A DNA stretch of 64,000 nt, from positions 1,116,001-1,180,000 of the forward strand of contig NC_089432.1 in NCBI RefSeq assembly GCF_026210795.1. The letters run 5' to 3'. The position numbers and the translations under genes are program-made. The notes under the pieces were generated by a model that saw only the letters and a list, made by a program, of their open reading frames with translations, made no database searches and was not told the origin of the DNA. Positions 59,805 to 64,000 of the stretch are shown piece after piece (position 1 is the first letter of the stretch; each line of letters starts with the position of its first letter). The DNA is from Rhizophagus irregularis (taxonomy: Eukaryota).

Positions 59805-62800
59805 TTTTTTTTTTTTTTTTAACGAAGTCAACTTTATTTAGAAATAAGAAAAATTACAAAAAAGGAAAAGATCTACATTATATAACATTTAGTAAAGAAC
59901 ACGATCGAACTAATACTATAATATTATTAGGGACTTAAGATTTTATGTTCAAAAGAACTATCTACCATCCTGCTCACCCAAATAGGTTCACTAAACTATC
60001 CGCATAACTACTACTATTCGTATGGACTTCGGTAATGTTATATAAAAACTCACCACAACTCCTTTAATTACTACTACAACATCAAAAGATAATAAAAATA
60101 ATACTACGAAACACTACCGTAATCAACAATATTATAGTAATCTATTGTATTACCCCAAAATAAATATGACTTTGAAGACTTTGTAGATTAAAGTATTTCT
60201 TATTTTTTGATTTACGCGTTTTGTCAATAAACTGCTCTTTACCAAAATGTTGTTTTTTAACATTTTTATCAATTCCCAAACTTCTATCAATTTCATTAAG
60301 TTTATTACACCTCACTTTCCAAAAAATCATAGATTTATCCAAAATTTCATTCCTAAAATTATATGACAAAATTTCAACTTTTGATTTTGTAGATAATAAT
60401 TGTTTAAAAAAATTAATTAACGAACTAGGAAAGAAACCTTTAATTAAATCTATGAAAGTTATGTGATCCTCTGATACTTCAAGTTTCCAAATATCATTGA
60501 GATTTTTAATATGTTCAAGAGTAATATGATTAATAGGATCTAAAATTTTATTAATTTCTAAAAGAAGCCAATTTTGTACTCCTGAAATTAAATCATCCAT
60601 ATCCTCTCGTCTTTCTTCACAAAACCAAATATGATTGAAATCTTCTTCATCCTCTTCACACATAGGACAAAACCTTTCTTTATATAATGAAAATAAAGTT
60701 CTTTTAATTTGTTCAATGCAAGGAAGTTCTTCAATCATCAACTGAATTTTGTGTCTTCTAATTTTTGATTCTTTGAAATCAGTGTATAATTTTTGTTTTT
60801 CTCCCAAAAAATTATTAAAAAAAATTGACCAATCTATTTCACATTTTCTATACTTATCATTTCTATTTAAATTTAAAAACCTTTCCAAATTTTTCGTATT
60901 GGTTGTTAATGTAATTAACTTTCTTAAAGATTTTTCTATAACTATGCCATTCCATTTGGGAATCCAAGGAAGATCATAAAAATTATTATAATTTAAATTA
61001 ATTCCTAAATTTTGATCATTATGTGCCAAAGAAACAATATTGTCAACATAATTATTTAAAGAATCATCTGTATGAGCATTAACTTTAAATATATTAACAG
61101 ATAAATTATTTTCTTTAATAATATCCATAATTATTTTCCAAAGAATGTTGTTATTACTAATTTTAAAAATTTGTCTAGTAACTAAAGTAAAATTATAAAA
61201 TTTAAATTTTTCAAAATTACTAATAGCGCTAGCACTATCTGTATAAACTGTTAAATTACTATTAGAAGGTGCTATTAGCAAAGTAATTAATAAAGCAAAA
61301 ATTTCTGCACGTGTTGATGAAATCCAATTATTATAAGATGATATTAATTCCAAAATTTTTTGCAAGGACAAATTATAAAAAGTTGTTCCAAAAGTAGCTG
61401 ATACATATTCTTTGGTAATATCTTTAATTGAACCATCTGTATAGCAAACAAAATCTTTAACATTTGAATCATATAAAATTTTTCTTGAATCAAATAATTT
61501 CTGTTTATCTAATGATAAATCTATATATTTTTCAATAATATCTAAACTATTTTCATCAAAACGTAATTGATAATTATCATATGAAGAGTAATATAAAGGG
61601 TTTCGTTTAAAAAATTGATCATATCTTATAATATTTTCCATATAATTATGTTGTGCTTCCTTTAGAAGATATGCCTTATATCCCTTCCATTTAATAAGTC
61701 TTTTATATCTCACTTCATATATTTCAGTTTTCATTGATTCTATTATACATTTACCCTCTATTTGACCAATATTATATTCACAACCATTACATACTTTAAT
61801 AAACAAATTAATTTCACTTGTGTTTGATATTCTTTTAAAATGTTCAAAAATATATGTAAAGGGCTTTTCTTCAATTATTTTTCCATAAATATTTTCAAAA
61901 TGAAACATATTAAAAGATGTTATAATATTATTAATATGAATATTAATTGGTAAAAATTCATAACCACCCAAATTTGTCACTACATTATTATCTATATATT
62001 CCTCTTTAACATTATAATTTTTTCCATTAGTTGTAACTAAAGACTGAATTTTTTTATATATATTTGGCGTATTAACTACATTACTATTTCTATTATTACT
62101 AAGAGCAAATATCTTATTTTTTATATTCCACCATGTCAGAAGAGTTTTGTTATCAGGAGATAAAAATTGGTCCAAAAAGTATAAATTATTCATACATAAA
62201 ATTTTTATATTTTTCAAAAAACTTTCAGTTCCAACAATTTCCATAATATGACGACCCCTTCCTAATACAGTACTATTTTTCCCGATATTGTGTTTATTAA
62301 ATTCTATACTAAAATTATAACTTTTCATTAATAATAACAGATAAATTATTAATAATAAAATTATTTCGCAAATGTTGACCCATAAAGATTAAATCTTTAT
62401 TAGAAAAAGGAAAATTAATTAAAGGATTGAAAGGTAAAAGTAGTTTATTTTGAATATCTACTAAACGAATCTCCATTATTTTTCCTAGAATTCCTTGATC
62501 ATTAATTTGAATTATAAAATTATTAACCTTAGCTTGCAATTGATTATCAAAAATTGAACGAATATTATATAATAAATTCAATTCCATAATTATATTTGGT
62601 GCAGTTGAAGCTAACTTTAATTTATTTTTAAAATTTTTTCTATAAGGAACCATGATTTTTTCACAATCTTTTTCTGATAGTATTATCGTTTGTGTCCTAT
62701 ATTCGATACGTGGTAATATTACAGCATTAAAAATATAGGAACTAATTTTATCTGTTATGCATTTGTTCTTCAGCAGGTTATTACTTAAATTTTTGACTTC

Positions 62801-62910
62801 ATCAAAGGCTTGTTGTTTGATAAAATTGTTATCATTATATATATTGAACCAAACACCCAAGATTCTAAGACTTTCTGTTTTTCCTTTAGGTTTGATTTTG
62901 ATTTTCTGAT
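59805..62910 (-). mobile_element. 5'-truncated non-LTR retrotransposon (LINE) with RNase H
   Basis: 16-nt poly(A) (T run 59805-59820); 17-bp TSD GGACCCGGAAATATATA at 59788-59804 and 62911-62927; coding region from the end of RT through RNase H. Confidence 0.9.
60142..62910 (-). pseudogene. LINE ORF2 C-terminal part (RT tail, RNase H, Cys/His zinc motif), frameshifted
   Basis: ESLRILGVWF (end of RT); YTDGS, STRAEIFA, YTDS, KVNAH, NNYVD (RNase HI); CPMC..EEDFNHIWFC; frameshift near 62320-62335 and probably near 60155. Confidence 0.85.
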
Positions 62911-63128
62911 GGACCCGGAAATATATATATTAGGGTCGCGTATTTTGAACTAAAAAAAAAATAATGAAAATCTTTCTTTTTTTAGATAATTTTGATAATG
63001 CTGGTCAGAATTTTATTTCCTATTATAGTAACCGACTGACATTATCATAATTCCGGCCCTGAAAAAAATGCGTACAGCTAGTGAAAAATTTTTTCAATCA
63101 CCTGACCTCTATATATATATTTCTGGTT
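62911..63128. mobile_element. 'AGGACCC' MITE split by the LINE (left end at 59787)
   Basis: ATAATTCCGGCCCTGAAAAAA core; 8-bp TSD aacaatat at 59779-59786 and 63129-63136. Confidence 0.8.
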
Positions 63129-63392
63129 AACAATATGTGTATAAGATAAATATTATTTAAAACCTTTTCACTCTAATAATTCTTACATGCAAAGACTGTA
63201 GAGACCTGCAACGGTGTAAATCCGGATTTTTGTTAATTCTTCCACTTATCATTCACGGAACATATTTTTTCAATTCGGATGACAGTTTTTATCCGGATCG
63301 AAACACTAATTTATATAGACCATATTCATAAATATGTAGGAAGTATACGTATCAGTTCAAGCATAAAAAGTTCCTATATTGTGTAATTAAAT

Positions 63393-63635
63393 TAGAGGTT
63401 GTGAACTCAATCGATTAAATGTGAAAAAATAGATTAATCCATTAAAATTATCTTAAACAAAATTCTAATCAAATGTGAAATTTCAGTTCTTATGATTAAA
63501 ATACTTCTCTACAGCTAAATATATGAGTAAAAAATTTGGAATTTTTTTTAATATTAATCAATTAGTTAGTCAGATTAAGGTTTCGGTTCATCAGTTTTTA
63601 ATCGGTTAAAATTTTTTGGTCTGTTCCAACCTCTA
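63393..63635. mobile_element. hAT-like MITE
   Basis: TAGAGGTTG..GAAC...GTTCCAACCTCTA; 8-bp flanks aattaaat/aattgaat. Confidence 0.75.
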
Positions 63636-64000
63636 AATTGAATAAATTTAATAATTCAAATTCTATTTTAAAAAGGAAAATTATACAAATTTAGAGATTA
63701 AGATTTAATCAAATTTTGCTTTATATTTGGAATGTTGCACAAATTCATGCTGTCCACTTCAACAAAAAGGTATAATGTATATAGTTGAAAATAAAATAAG
63801 TGAATACCAAAGGAACATAGATTATCAAAATTGAAAATAACTAGAGATTGAAATACTGGTTGGATCTAAAATCAATTATCCTTTAAGTAAACTAAAAAAA
63901 AAATGGATACAATTTCAACATACAGTACAATTATAGTATTTATAAGTGATAAATGAACCATGTCATAAGGTTAATAAATTTAGATACCTTCATTCATTGT

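Noticed and set aside
60142..62328. RT-driven diversification (DGR- or retron-like) of the SLR genes, or a cellular RNase H gene
   Set aside because: It is a truncated, frameshifted LINE with poly(A) and TSD, missing the RT core; no template/variable repeat pair seen

Overview
Very AT-rich eukaryotic DNA with short GT-AG introns. The gene content (Sel1-like repeat (SLR) proteins, a tyrosine-kinase-like kinase with an HRDLHSKN loop, F-box/LRR-type genes) is typical of an arbuscular mycorrhizal fungus (Glomeromycotina, Rhizophagus-like); this taxonomic call is inference. The window is dominated by an SLR gene cluster. It holds one 5-exon kinase-SLR gene and 10 open single-exon kinase-less SLR genes of one subfamily (one lacking its C-terminal cap repeat). 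It also holds one longer divergent SLR gene and at least 6 damaged or pseudogene copies; seven copies form a head-to-tail tandem array at 34-48 kb. The kinase-less genes start at the homolog of the kinase gene's post-kinase linker, vary in repeat number (5-7), are mosaics of shared repeat modules, and mostly carry a conserved ATG-codon-stop motif upstream. Two F-box-like genes sit in the middle. Intergenic DNA holds several MITE families with recognisable TIRs and TSDs, a probable Helitron, a 5'-truncated RNase H-bearing LINE inserted into a MITE terminus (17-bp TSD), a Ty3/gypsy RT relic and Crypton-like insertions. It also holds unusual micro-exon/intron-like tandem arrays with no ORF in the parts read through.
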